A DNA stretch of 64,000 nucleotides, from contig OX597816.1 in the NCBI GenBank assembly GCA_951406725.2, positions 124,001 through 188,000 of the forward strand. The letters are read 5' to 3'. Origin of the DNA: Octopus vulgaris (taxonomy: Eukaryota). Of this stretch, positions 12,246-25,784 are shown piece after piece (positions within the stretch are counted from its first letter, which is position 1; every line of letters starts with the position of its first letter). The translations under genes and the position numbers were made by a program. The notes below the pieces were generated by a model. It made no database searches. It saw nothing but the letters and a program-made list of their open reading frames with translations, and was not told the origin of the DNA.

Positions 12246-13375
12246 TGCGTATACTCACACTCACAGACACACATACACATGATGGACTTATTTCGATATC
12301 TCACAAGATTTTGGTCATCCTAAGATGTCATGTACTGGGATACTAAATAATAATTTTGAAACAGATTTCATATAAAAGATCCTGTCAGAGTTTTCTTTTA
12401 CAATTTTAAACCAAAGAATATTCCTGGTTACAGTAGGGTTACTTTCCAAATGGTAATGTACTGGTGTTAGTTATGCTATTTTGCTAAGATTCTATGAGAA
12501 ATTGTTCACATTTGTCTCACAATCTCCAGTCACAATTGTTTAAAACTTTCTATAGAATTAGCTTCAGCAGAATAACTTGTCACTCAAGCTTGTCTTATTC
12601 TATTACAAAAGTTTTTTTTTCTTCTTTATATACAATGTTAAGTTGTTTCTAAAGAATCAGTATAAGTTGGGCAGATTGATACAAAAAGATAATGAATTTT
12701 CTTGTGGTGGAATGTTGTCTCTAAAAATCTTGTATTTAATAAAATTCTGAGTTGCTGGAATTGAAGATGTAATATTAACAATGCATTCCTGAAATTTATA
12801 GGATCTCCCATTCATTCCTAGATGATATGTCAACTCTTTCATGAGAACATTAGATTGTTTACGCCTCATCAATACTCCAGGCTGTACGTCAGCCAGCTTG
12901 CAGCTATTCTCCTTGGTAACAGGCTTTGTATTGTTATGATAACAACAGTTGTAATATTCCTTTCTTTCTCTTTCGCTCAGTCTACTTGATGAACCATTCT
13001 TATTTGAGTGTCATGTAAAATGCACTGCGCTGCAATTTGCATCTGTTTCTCCACCTTTGTTTGTTTTTGTTTTTCTTCTTCAGTTGTCACAGTTTCCTCA
13101 GCTGCAGAGACAGTGTTACATATTATATATCTTGTCTAACAGGCAGTTATTGGTAATCATCAAACTCTGCTGGATATGTTTAACCTTATTGAGAATAAAA
13201 AAAATAGCTTCCTTCAAAAATACTGTTGTCTTCTCTATACAATCACATTTTCTATTATTTACTTTTGTGTGTGTATCCGTCCGTCCGTCCGTCCGTCCAT
13301 CCATCCATCTATTTATCTATCACCAGATATAGTTTGTTTATAGAATAATTTTTTGATAAATATATATAATCACAA

Positions 13376-13576
13376 GTGCAGGTATGGATTTGTGATTAAG
13401 AAGCTCATTTTGCAACCACATTGCTTCAGGTTCAGTCCCTCTGTGCAGCACCTTGAACAAGAGTCTTCTACTACAGAGACTGATAAAATAAGTACCAGAC
13501 TTAAAAATAAGTACTGCCTTGACTAAAGTCCTTCAAGGCACTACCTCAACATGGTTGCTGTCTAATGACTGAAACA
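13376..13576 (+). mobile_element. tRNA-derived SINE with LINE-type (ACTGAAAC) tail
   Basis: TGTGATTAAGAAG..GGTTCAGTCCC A/B-box-like head. Ends CATGGTTGCTGTCTAATGACTGAAAC. Confidence 0.65.
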
Positions 13577-14215
13577 CACACACACACACACACACAATTA
13601 GTCCTGGTCATTTAACATCTTCTATCCATGTTAGCATGAGTTGCACTGTTTGACAGGTTCCAACAGGCCTGAGAACTATGTCACAGTCTGTGATTGGATA
13701 CCTTTCTTAATGCCAACCATTTTACAGTGTGTACTGGGTGCATATTTTTCTCTTTTGGAGGCACCAGTACAACTTAGGTTGCCAAGTAACTCACAAGACA
13801 GGACCCACCTTTTCAACTGAGTGGGGATGCAGTTTTAAGGGAGGTGGCTTTATGTCTGGCATTGAGAAGCTAAAGTACAATAGAGGAACAGGTATCTTGC
13901 CATAGGGGAGACACATGGCCACCCTGCATTATATAAGATCAGATGAGAATAGCTGAAAAGAGACAATGAATGTGGTGAAGAGGTATCACACACACACTCA
14001 CACATTATTTGAAGTCGTGCAGAGATTTTATATATTCAGAAAAAGGAGGCAGTCAGAATTTGGTATTTAATTTTGGGGCTGTGTAGTTAAGTTTGCTTTC
14101 CAACCACAGGTTTTAAGGGTCAGTTCTACTATGTGGCAGCTTGAGCAGGTATCTTCTATAGCCCCTGATTGACCAAAGCCTCATAAATAGATTTTGTAGA
14201 TGGAACTGAAAGAAA

Positions 14216-14256
<41 letters not shown>

Positions 14257-14454
14257 CAAGGGACTGGGGATTGTGGTAATTTGCTATACTTGAAGAAACA
14301 CATCAAACAAAGAAAAATCACTGCCATCCATACATACAGGCTTGTCCTTTGCAGGTGCCAGTGCCACAGTTGTAGAAGCCACAACAGACAGTTGAAGCCT
14401 GGACAGCTTCCCAGTTGGCCAGCTCCATGTCAAACCATTCAACCTATGCCAGCA

Positions 14455-14985
14455 GTTAGTTTGACTGGAACTGGTAATCCAGAGAGTTGTACTAGGTTCC
14501 AGTCTGATTTGGCATGGTTTCTGCAGTTGGATGCCCTTCCTAATGCCAACCACTCAGAGTGTAATGGGTGCTTTTTACGTGCCACCAGCACAAGTGCCAT
14601 TTACATGACTCTGGCTACAGCCATGACTACGATTTCATTTGGCTTGACGAGTCTTCTCAAGCACTGCATATCGCCACGGTCTCGGTCACTTGTCATCACT
14701 TCTGTGAAGCCCAACATTCAAAGATCATGCTTCACCACCTCGTCCCTTGCATCCGTGACGCTCAACATTTGAAGATCATGCTACTGGTAACAGCCAGGAT
14801 TACAATTTCAAGGGGGCTGTTTACATGACACCAGCAATGGCTACAACTATTATTTCACTTGGCTTGATGGGTTTTTTCAAGCACAACATTTTGCCAAATG
14901 TCTCAGTGTCTTATTGTTACCTCTGTGAGGCCCAAACATTCAAAGATTATGCATCACCACCTCATCCCATGTCTTCCTGGGTCTT
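14455..14985 (-). mobile_element. RTE 3' end fragment with internal duplication
   Basis: Reverse RTE tail and repeated GAGGCCCAACATTCAAAGATCATGCTTCACCACCTC segments. Confidence 0.75.
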
Positions 14986-15473
14986 GATTGTGTGTTCATA
15001 TTTGTGCATATATGCATGCATGTGTGTGTTTGTGTCTCCTTATCTTGACAAGAGCAAAAAGATGGACCAGTCATATCTAGATTGTCTCAAATTATAGATC
15101 TCCTTCAACAGGTCTCGCATTTAAGGAGAGGAGTTTTTTTTCTTTTGTTTCACTTTCTTTTTTTATACTATTGTGGCTGTAATAAACACTGTTATCCTAT
15201 AACGTATTTGACCATATATGGGCATTTGAAATAAACATAAAAGATATTGCTCTAAACAGAAACTGCAGGAACCTTTTTAAAAATGCTGCAAGGTCTTTCT
15301 CTTGGTGGTTTGTGAAAGTTGTAATGGAAATAGGTGTGACTGTGCTGTTAAGAAGTCTGCTTTGCAACAACATGGTTTGAGGTTCAGTCTCACTACATGG
15401 CACCTTGTAGTGAGACTCCAGGTTGAGCAAGGCTTTGTGAGCAGATTTGATTGACAGAGACTGAAAGAAGCCC

Positions 15474-15520
<47 letters not shown>

Positions 15521-16449
15521 CTTTCCTTGTGTTGACAATGCATGATAAGTGTAAATGATTGTAACTGTCATACACTGTCATTCATTTTTAATATTCTATG
15601 AAAACATGTTTAGCCATGGTGAAATATTACCTTCTTTGGAATCAGCTGAAGGTTGGTAACAGCAAGTGTATCCAGCTGCAGATGTTCTGCCTTAATAATC
15701 TGTTTATTCAATTCTTCAGTATCTCAGGATAACAAGTGATTTGTGCCTTAGTTTGTATGCTTTACCTGAGTGGGAACAGTGATGGGTCAGTTAACCGTTC
15801 CCTGCAGAAATCTTCTATATGAGGTCTCTTGGCAACCATAACTGCCTTTAGCTACTGTCAGCTGCCATGGCTGTTTCTAGCTGTGCTGTATATTAAGTAG
15901 TTTTATTCTTTTGATTTCTCATTGGAGCCCTCTGATTGGCTGTACAAATGTGAAAATGAGGTTAGCTAAACGAAAATAGAATACATTCATTTGGCTATCA
16001 AATTTGCATCAGAAACGTATTCTCATTATTTAAGAAAAAAGCTATGTTGAGCTTGCTGCAGTACTGTATTGCAGGATTTCTGATCTATTCATGAGCAATT
16101 GATAATTTCCTGTTACTTTAGTTATCAAGCTATCAGTATGTGTCTTCAATTAGTTGGTTTGAATATTTGTGAAAGAGAGAGAAACTGGGATGCTATTATG
16201 AGTTTTTCATATCTCGTCCTTTCTGTAGACTTCAGCTAAACAATATAAAATGTTACTTGTTATTGTGTTGTTGCGAAGAGGGAATTTCTCAGTTTTGTTC
16301 TCTACTGCAAAAACCGTGGGTATACCTCACCTCTCTCTCTCTCTCCCTCCCCTCTCTCTCTGTCCTGCTCTCCCCTTTCTCTCCATTCCTCTCTCTCTTC
16401 TAATTGCATTAATGTTTAGCTAGTCTGAGAATTTCTGCATTCAAAGTTA

Positions 16450-16806
16450 AAGGCATGGTTGTATAGTTAAGAAGTTTGCTTCTCAACTACATGGTTTTGG
16501 GTTCAGTCCCATTGCATGGCTCACTGGGCAAGTGTCTTCTACTATGGCTTCAGGCGCCAAAGTCTTCTGAGTGAATTTGATAGATGGAAACTGAAAAATC
16601 CTATTGTGTGCGCATGCATATGTATACTTGACATCATGTGATGGATGTAAACAAGCATCATTGTCACACAAGCGATGATGTTCATGTCCAGTCTTCTCTC
16701 TGGTCATGGGAAAATACCACCTTGCTTGATCACAGGAGGTTGGCAACAGTAAGGGTGTCTGGCCATAGAAAATCTGACTCATACAAACATGTAAAAGTGG
16801 ACATTA
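16450..16806 (+). mobile_element. tRNA-derived SINE with RTE-type tail
   Basis: GGCATGGTTGTATAGTTAAGAAGTTTGC..GGTTCAGTCCC head. Tail ..AAAGTGGACATTA is interrupted by the mariner. Confidence 0.75.
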
Positions 16807-16808
16807 TA

Positions 16809-17681
16809 TGAGGTGGTATCAAAAAGCTTCCAGACTATTCCTGTTGCAGAGCTACAGATGGCTGCATACAGTTGCATGCATAGTGAGAGCTAGCAGTGAC
16901 CTTCATGAGGCAATCTGCTGAGTGATATAGCTGTGTTTACTTCGCAAGTTGTGAAATTTGTTTTTGTGATCACATGTATGTTGTAGTTTGTGATTTTGTC
17001 ATGGACAGAAACAAAGAGTCAACATGAAATTTTGCATTAAACTTGGCAAGTCTGCTATGGAGACATTGAGCATGCCTTGGAAAGCTTACAGTGGCTAGGC
17101 AGTGGGTTGTTCGCAATGTTTCAATTGGCACAGGTGCTTCTAAAAGTGGATGAATGACCCTGGAAGATGATGAGCGATCTGGAAGACCTGCCACGAGCTT
17201 TACCCCCAGAAATGTGGTATTGTGCATTGAGAATTTGTTCCCCAGGGCCATCAATTGAGAGTTCTATTGTGACGTTTTGAAGTGTTTGTGGAAGGACATT
17301 CAGCTAAAGTGACTGGATCTTTGGAGCGTAAAGAATTTGATTCTTCACAACAATGTACTCTGCACCGAGTTTGCCCCACTTGTGAGTTTCTTGCCAAAAA
17401 TAACATGATGTTGCTTCCACACTTGCCATATTTACCAGATCTTCCCCAAGATGAAAATGCAGCTCAAAAGTCTCCATTTTAACACCATTGTTGAGACCCA
17501 GAGCAAATCGCAGAAAGTCCTCAACTCACAGAAAATGACTTCCAGGCTTGATTCCAAAAATGGCAGGAAAACTGGGACGAGTGCAAGGTGACTATTTCGA
17601 AGGAGATGATGTTAATACTTTGGTAAATAGGTTGTATTTTGTTAAACATAACTAGTCTGGAAACCTTTTGATACCACCTTG
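16809..17681 (+). mobile_element. Internally deleted mariner DNA transposon
   Basis: TIRs TGAGGTGGTATCAAAAAGCTTCCAGACTA / TAGTCTGGAAACCTTTTGATACCACCTTG with TA on both sides. Transposase remnants NMKFCIKLGKSA.ETL, LEDDERSGRP and LPHLPYLPDL. Confidence 0.9.
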
Positions 17682-18979
17682 TAAGTGTTTATGAAAATGA
17701 TGATGTTGATGAAATTTAGAGGAAGCTGAACACTTTGCAGCTATTTTACAGAACTGTTTCCTGAGTGGAAATGGGAATGTTGTTAAAAAAATTTCTTTTA
17801 TTAATTCATTTTGATGATCTGATGACTAAGAACATTCATGTAGAGAGATCTAATATATATATATATGTGTGTGTATGTATGTATATATATATATAATTAC
17901 TCTACTAGGTATTTAGTTGTATCCTGTTGCAATTCCATATTTATATATGCCAGGAAACTTGCCTTATTCTATTAGAATAAGATTTTCCTTTTTTATTCAT
18001 CTGTGAAATTTAAGCTATTTCCTTTGTTTTAAATTACAAATGATTAGAACAATTATTCTCTCACATTACACTGTCTTTGATTTATAGATCATCAACAGTA
18101 GTGTTTTGGGCATTTTACTATATCTTTTATCTTTAATTGGATTCAATCATTGGACTGGGGCACCACCTTTAAGGGTTTAGTTGCACAGATTGACCTCAGT
18201 ATTTAAATCTTGTGCTTACTCTATTGATCCCTCTTGCTAAGCTGCTGAGTTATGGTAACCCAAACAAACCAGCACTGGATGTCAAGTGGCAATGGGCAAT
18301 AAATACACACACACACAGTTTCCACCTACTAAATCTACTCACAAGGCATTGGTCTGCCTAGAGCTACAACAATTTACATTTTGGCTTAGACTTAACCTTT
18401 GAAAGGATTTGTTTCCATAGAAATTAACTCATTTCTTATTATTAAAAGTGTACTTCATAAAACTAAAAATTAGTTGCACACCAAAGCTTGTTACACTGAA
18501 AAATAAATTTAGAATGTTTATATTATGCTTCGTTTTCCCCTATCATTTTCTTTGTTTGTAGCTTTTCAATTTAATTTTATTTCAACATGGTGGCTACTAT
18601 TTTGAGCTAATAAACAGCTATCTTCTGTATTCTATATGTATTCTGCACAGACTTTCTTTTATGTCTACAACAAATGATCAATAAAACTAATTTCTCTTTA
18701 CATTGCTAAATAATATAGTCTTTTCTGTCATCCATGAATAATATTGAAAGTTGGCTTTTCTACTGGAGAAATTAAAATTTTTTTGTCTGTGAAAAATATT
18801 TGTATTCTTTTGTTAGCTCTGTAACAACAATCAAATTTTTGTGAAATTGTACTCAAAATAGAAAAAAAAATCATTAACTTCGCACAGATGATAAATCTAA
18901 AACTTATCATTTGTGCTAACTGTATATAACAACAACAACAATAATAATAGGGTTATTATTATTAATAATAATAAAGTTA

Positions 18980-20893
18980 CTGTCAGGAGGAATTGCAGAA
19001 GAACTGTATAAATTTCTTGATGAGAACAATATATTACTGCCCAAACAAAAAGGCCGTAGAAGGAAATGCAGAGGTACCAAAAGTCAACTGTTGATAGATA
19101 AAATGGTAATGCAAGATTGTAAACAAAGGAAAGCAAATCTGAGAATGGCCTGGATTGACCATCACAAAACTTATGATTCCACATTCAGGGATCATCGAGT
19201 GCTTAGACCTGTTTGCAATTGCAAGGAATGTAACATGTTTCCTGAAGAGAAGTATTGTGGAATGGAAAACTGAACTGATATCTTACGGAAAAAAACTTGG
19301 GTACCCTTGGTATCAGAAGAGGGATTTTGCAAGGTGATAGCCTATCTCCATTGCTTTTTGTTCTCTGCATGATACTCCTGACCTTGATATTTAGGAAAAT
19401 GAACATAGGGTACCAACTAAAGGAAAAATCTCAGTCAACCAACCACCTCCTCGACATGAATGATTTGAAACTGTATGGCAAAGATGAGACAGAAGTGCAG
19501 AATCTACTTAAAAAGAGGCAAGGTATAGTCCTTAGCTAGGATAGAACTACCGAACAGAGCCTTGATTAAGCAAGATTGAAACAGAAAGCTACAAATACCT
19601 TGGTGTACTAGAGTTCAATGAGATAAAGGAAAAGGAAATGAAAGAGCAACTGGGGATGGAATATTTCTGAAGACTGAGGCTGGTGTTGCACTCAAAATTG
19701 ACTGGATGGAATAAGATGCGAGCAATTAATATGTGGGCGATAGCATCACTTCAGTGTGGAGCAGGAATTATAAAATGGTAAAAGAGAGAGTTGAAGGAAA
19801 TGGATACCAAAACCAGAAAAATGTTGACAGTACATGGAGCCTTCCACCCTAAAAGTGACACTGATGGGCAGTACTTGTCCAGAAGAAAGGGTGGGGAGGT
19901 TTAATCAGTTGCCAGAACTGTGTTGAAGCAGAGAAAAACAGCTTAGGGTGGTATATAAAAAATGTGGTGGAGCCACTGTTGAAACACACGAAGAAGGCTG
20001 GCGTTATCAACACTGAAAATTGTGTAACTAAAGAAAAAATTAAAAAAACAAATGAAAAAAAAAACATGAAAGGAAAAGAAAATGTACAATCAGTTTTTAA
20101 GAGATGTTAACATCGAGATACAGAGGGCCGGTGGCTATGGATGAGGAGAAGTGACCTGAAGATAGACAGAAGCACTCATATGCGCAGCTCAGGAACAAGT
20201 GTTAAGGACCAGTTATATGAAGTGCAGAATAGACAACACTACTGACAGCGACAAATGCAGAATGTGTGGTGAAAGGGATGAAACAGTATGGCACTTCATT
20301 AGCGAATGCCCCAAATTGACACTACACGAATACAAAAGACGCCATGACAATGTGGCAAGAATGATCCATTGGGAGCTCTGTGGGAATCACGGCCTACAAA
20401 GAGCAAAGACGTGGTATGAGAAAACTCCAGGAGTAACCGAAAATGAGAATTGCAAAATCTTGTGGGATGCAATGATCCCATGTGATCACCCAACCAGACA
20501 TTGGAAACCGGACATTGTTGTGGCGAATAAAAATTAAAGAACATATATGATAATTCACAACAGGATCATTGTGAAAGAAGAAGAAAAAATAAACAACTAT
20601 GATGATTTAAAATGGGAAATACGATGGTTGTGGTCAATGAAGAGAGTTGATGTGATATCAATAGTAATTGATGCACTGGGAAGTATCAGCACTCACCTAC
20701 CAACATTGTTGAAAAAGATTGGTGCAAGTGTGAAGGTAGAACACCTTCAAAAATCAGCATTGCTTGAAACTACAAGAATTCTTCACAGGGTTCTTGAAGC
20801 ATGACCAGTAAACAAGTGTCACCTCAGTCTGCTGGCTGTGGACACTTGACACTTTCCATCATACTCAGCAAAATAAGCTGTGAGTTTTCAAAT
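18980..20893 (+). mobile_element. 5'-truncated R4/Dong-clade RLE retrotransposon
   Basis: AWID..K.YDS, IRRGILQGDSLSPLLF, HLLDMNDLKLYG, CRMCGERDETVWHFISEC..YKRRHDNVA, KILWD and KPDIVV. Flanked by (TAA)n. Confidence 0.9.
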
Positions 20894-20900
20894 AATAATA

Positions 20901-21530
20901 GGGTTTATCATAGCAGCCCAAGATCAATGCCCACCTACAAGAAGCTACCAAGCCAACATCTTAAAGAACAGCAGTAGCCCAACATGTGTATGTAAACAGA
21001 AAAATGAAACCATCAATCATGCTGTCTCCATTTTCAGTCTTCTTGTGCCGAGAGTGTCTCAACAGGCATGGTAGAGCAGCATAGTATACTCACTGGGTAA
21101 TTTGCAAAGACCTGCTGCTCCATGATAAAAACTGGTGGGAACACAAACCACTGTCAGTGCTTGAAAATGACTACATCTCACTCCTTTGACAGAAAAATAG
21201 ATGCAAATAGGCCAGATATTATATGGAAGGATTTCAGACAAAAATCATGCCTCCTTACCAATATGACTGCCCCAATCCATATAGATGTGTCTGTCAAGAC
21301 CTACCAAAAACTGAGCAAGTAAGATCTTGAAATAGAAATTGGCAAATTAAGCAACCTCAAGACTAAAACAATACCTGTTGTCATAGGTGCTCCTAGGAAT
21401 GATAGCAAAAGAGGTTGATTGCTACCTAGCTCAGATACTAGGAAATCCAAAAATGGAAGAAGTTCGAAAAATAGTGCTCATAGGAACTGCCTATATCCTA
21501 TGTAAATTATTGTCTATGTAATCCCCAAAA
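20901..21530 (+). mobile_element. Second R4/Dong-type 3' fragment (different subfamily)
   Basis: GFIIAAQDQC.PTRSYQ, CVCK..NETINH, DRKIDANRPDII and IPVVIGA. Confidence 0.8.
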
Positions 21531-21994
21531 TATTTTGATCCATAAACATTGTCAAAATACTTTTAAACGTCCAAAACAGCAAACACCGTTTCCTGACAGC
21601 TTAACATCAGACGATCGTCTTAGAATCAAATTACTTTTAAAACAAACTTCTAATTTACTTATATTTTGACTGACATTCTCTAGAACAATATTCTGTGCAA
21701 AACCAATTATATGGCATCCTAGTCATAACACCAACTTAAACCTCTACCTTGTTGCATCTTGAGGTCTCTGAGTGAGATTGGAGTCAACTTGTATAAATTC
21801 AAAGCAAAAGCCAAACATAATAATGGTTGCAAATTCTGGCACAAGACCAATTTCAGGGGAGAGGGTAAGTTGATTACATTGATTCTGAAAGGATGAAAAG
21901 CAAAGTCAACCTTTGTGGAATTTGAACTCAGAACGTAAAGATAGATGAAATACCTTGCCACCTTAATAATAATAATAATTATAATAATGATGAT

Positions 21995-22252
21995 GAAGAA
22001 AAATATGGAGCATGAGAACATTAAAGGTCACACCTATGATAATTTATGCATTGGGAACAATAAGCAAAGATATTGGCAAATGGCTGAAGGAGATTGGAAT
22101 AGAATGCTCGGTGGCGCTGTTACAGAAAGTTTGTTTCTTAGAAACAGCAAGGATTATCAGAAGAGTTCTAAGCACTTGAAAGACTGCTACAGTAATTACC
22201 CACTACTCACATAAATCCTTCCAGGAATAAGACTGAACCTGAACCAAACCAA
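21995..22252 (+). mobile_element. Third, very short R4/Dong-type 3' fragment
   Basis: Lies between (TAA)n tracts and encodes a degenerate C-terminus (..ALGT.S.....W....G......LLQKVCFLETARIIR). Confidence 0.55.
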
Positions 22253-22289
22253 AATAATAATAATAATAATTCTTTCTACTATAGGCATA

Positions 22290-22610
22290 GTGGAGGTGCA
22301 ATGGCCCAGTGGTTAGGGCAGCGGACTTGCGGTTGGAAGATCACAGTTTCGATTCCCAGACCAGGCATTGTGTGTGTTTATTGAGCGAAAACACCCAAAA
22401 GCCCCACAAGGCTTCGGCAGGGGGGGGGGCAACCCCTGTTGTACTCTTTCACCCCAACTTTCTCTCACTCTTGCTTCCTGTTTCTTGAGTAATGCTGCAA
22501 TAGACTGGTGTTCCATCCAGCTAGGGGGGGGACACATACGCCACAGAAACCAGGAAACCAGGCCCATGAGCCTGGATAGGCTTGAAAAGGGCGCATAAAT
22601 AAATAAATAA
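22290..22610 (+). mobile_element. Young tRNA-derived SINE with 12-bp TSD
   Basis: TGGCCCAGTGG (A box) and GTTTCGATTCC (B box), (TAAA)n tail. TSD ACTATAGGCATA at 22278-22289 and 22611-22622. Confidence 0.9.
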
Positions 22611-22992
22611 ACTATAGGCATAAGGCTTGAAACAGTCAGTAGTTGAACTGTGAATACCTACGTTCAAGTAGTATGGAATGCATTTCTGTATTAACATATA
22701 TTTCTGTGGTAGGTTATTTTTAGATAAGCACAACCATTTATTTGTGTAATACCATTTTACACCAAATGTGTATACTAATGTCATAACAGAGACCATAAGC
22801 CATATATAGTTTTCCAATTCTTTCAGCAAAAATAAGGAATGTTTATAAGAGAAGTATCAGGAAAATAATTCTTGACATCGATTTGTTTAGGTGACAACAA
22901 TTTTGTTGATTTGACATGCTCAATATTTTTAAAGTTATAAGCCATCTCTTTCTTTCTTCCTATTTGAAATTTCAGCTGAAAGTTTGTCTTAA

Positions 22993-23209
22993 CCTTTTAG
23001 CATTCAAATTATTCTGTCAAATGTACTGCTTGTTTCAAATTGGTTTGAGTTAATCATACATTATCTCACTGCTTCTAGATTTCAGTGATGTGATAGTATA
23101 TTTTTAGAATGACATTGTATGGTAGGTGTGAAAAACAGAATTTGGTCAGTTTAAATATAGAACTTGTTGAATTTTTGGACCTAATATGGCCAGTTTAAAT
23201 GCTAAAGGG
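22993..23209. mobile_element. piggyBac-like MITE
   Basis: TTAA-CCTTTTAGCATTCAAA ... TTTAAATGCTAAAGGG-TTAA. Confidence 0.8.
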
Positions 23210-23731
23210 TTAAATGGAATGTTTTCTTCAAATAAATGTATGACTTGATCTTTACCATTTGATTAGCTACCCATATGTTGAGGAAACACCTACACTGGTG
23301 GTTATATATCACTGTCATTCAAACGATTGAATTATTCCAAAAAGCCTGTGAGAATGTAGAGCACAAATATTTTGATCAGGCTTCATTCAAGCATCAAAAA
23401 ATTATCAATTAATTCTGTCAGTGCCGAGTTATTTTAAGATTATTGATTACAAATTATCAACTGTTAGCATCTGCTGCAGAATTATTATCCCTTAAAGTTA
23501 TCGCTTGTGTCAGCTTTAGTTATTATTTGAATTCAACTTGAAATTAAGATTTAGTTAAAAATATCTGTTTGATATTCATAGCAAACCAAGTCATCTTTTG
23601 TATGGTAGAAATTTTTTCTTTATTTTTTTTCATTTATGTAAGCTGATCTGTGTGTATTAAGATTGACAACCATAAATGTTTTATCTTAAGAAAACCTGTG
23701 TTTCATATAAATTTTTATTTTCACATTACAG

Positions 23732-23841
23732 GAGATAATCTTCATTGTGCTCCATTGAGAAGACCATACAAATCCAAAGTTTTAGCACATTACCCAGAAA
23801 CTGTGCCATGGAATCCATTCGACAAAGAAGCTGTTGGAATG
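23732..23841 (+). CDS. DENND5: DENN domain-containing protein 5, internal exon (uDENN)
   Basis: Acceptor ttttcacattacag and donor ATG|gtaagt. Encodes (G)[36 protein letters not shown], matching my recollection of DENND5A [30 protein letters not shown]. Confidence 0.93.
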
Positions 23842-24847
23842 GTAAGTTAATAAACTTCATTACAAATGTGTTTTTCTGATATATTTCAATATTGAAAATA
23901 GTATTAATTTTTGTTAATAAATATAATTAAAACCATTTGTGATTAACGATTTTGCTGAAGTTTGGTCATCTCATGCCAGAAACTTTAAATACTAATAGAT
24001 TTATTGAATGTAAATACATTCCTATAGACTGATATTTGAGGGATGTGTTTTCTGAAAGTTATTTCCCAAAAGAATCAATTTTGTTTTATATTGCTTAGAA
24101 AAAAAAAAAGGTATGTACCTATTATACTAAGAATATATAAAAATAACTAAATACTGGTGAAATAGTTCTATTCATGTATGCATCAAAGCCCAAGTGAATA
24201 AATGATTTAGTGCATTTATTCCGTGTCATCATTTAACTTTTGCCTTCTGTGCAGGCATAGGCTGAACAATTCAACAGGATCCAACAAGTCAGGGGACGGC
24301 ATCATGCTCCAGTGTCTGCTTTAACTTGGTTTCTTTCATTTGATGCCGTTCCTAATACCAGCTGCTTTACAGGGTGTATTGCCTACTTTTTTCATGGTAC
24401 CAGCACTAGAGGGGTTGCTTTATGACTTGTTTTCATGTAAATTTTTATTTTCCCTGTAGATGATGATAAAGGAGAATAAATGAAAGACAGAGAGAAAATG
24501 CCTAAAAAGGCAAAGTGATGAAAGATGATGAAATAAAATGAGATGAACAGATTTATAGTTGTGAGAGGTTGGTAGTGGAGAGAGAGAGAGAGTAATGGAG
24601 TAGATGCTGTTGGGAGAGAATATTAAAGAAGTTGGTGAAATTACCATCACCAGCATGCCTCCACAACCATCTCAGTGATTAACTTTTGCCCTTCAGATTA
24701 ATACCTTACATTGGAAATGAGAATTCTAATTTTGTTTGAAACACATTTGAAAGGTTTTAGAGGCTTATATTTCTGAATCCAACATGCAACAGCAGTTTTA
24801 TGGGTTTGCACCAAGCTGTGCTGATATAACATAGGTTAAATGTTGTT

Positions 24848-24848
<1 letters not shown>

Positions 24849-24892
<44 letters not shown>

Positions 24893-24912
24893 ATAGTAGT
24901 AATAATAATAAT
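24849..24912. repeat. (TAG)n/(TAA)n microsatellite
   Basis: Seen directly. Confidence 0.95.
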
Positions 24913-25784
24913 AGTTCAAGAATGGAAATTTTGAATATTTTAACATTAAAATATTTATGACTTCCATCCTTGGATTATTATTATTATTATTATTACTATA
25001 TGTATATAAAATCTTTCCGATTACTTCTACCCTGTCTTCTAAAATGTTAATAGTCATGAGGTTTCACTACTACAAGAAACAGGTTCTGTTATGACATGTC
25101 TGATGCTTTAACTCCTCATTTCTCAGCATAAAGCCCCACTTCCCTTGAAATTTATAGTCTTGCAAGCAACATGATGACCTCACTATTACTGGTGGTATGA
25201 AAAATGCACCAAGTACACACTGTAAAATGATTGTCATAAGGAATAGCATCCAGCTATAGAAACAATGCCGAAACTGAGACATTGGAGCAGAACACTATCA
25301 TCTGATGTGTCAGATCCTGTTGAACTGTCCAAGCCATGCCAGCATGGAAAGTAGATATAAAATGATGATGGTGATGATGATGATATATATATATATATAC
25401 AGACATAAATGTGTGTAGACATCAACAACTGTTGCAATTAGATTTAAGTCTATGAGGTAAGTCATATAAGGTAGGGATTAAAAGGCTTAATCCCTTTTTT
25501 AACAGCAGTAAGTCCTATACTAAAGAGCGATTACTAAATGGCTTACAACAGACTGCTCAAAATATAGGCTATACATTATTATGTAGGTTAGTATTATACT
25601 TTATAATGTTAGCTTCCAAAAGTGGGTTCCAAGGAAACACCTGATTCTACTAGAAAAGTTACGAAGTTTTGCAAGATAAGGTGTCTTTTAATAAAGTTTA
25701 ATATAAATTTATTTAATAGAAAAATTGTAATCCACCATTCTCCAAAATAAATTCTTTATTTAATGACTTTGTTTTTATTATTAA

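Noticed and set aside
12600-13200. Non-repetitive-looking stretch, considered as DENND5 exon 1 or another exon
   Set aside because: No FADYFVICGLD-like sequence, no convincing splice-bounded frame, and stops in the frames tried.
22290-22365. tRNA-like sequence
   Set aside because: It is the head of a SINE with a tail and TSD, and the acceptor stem does not form.
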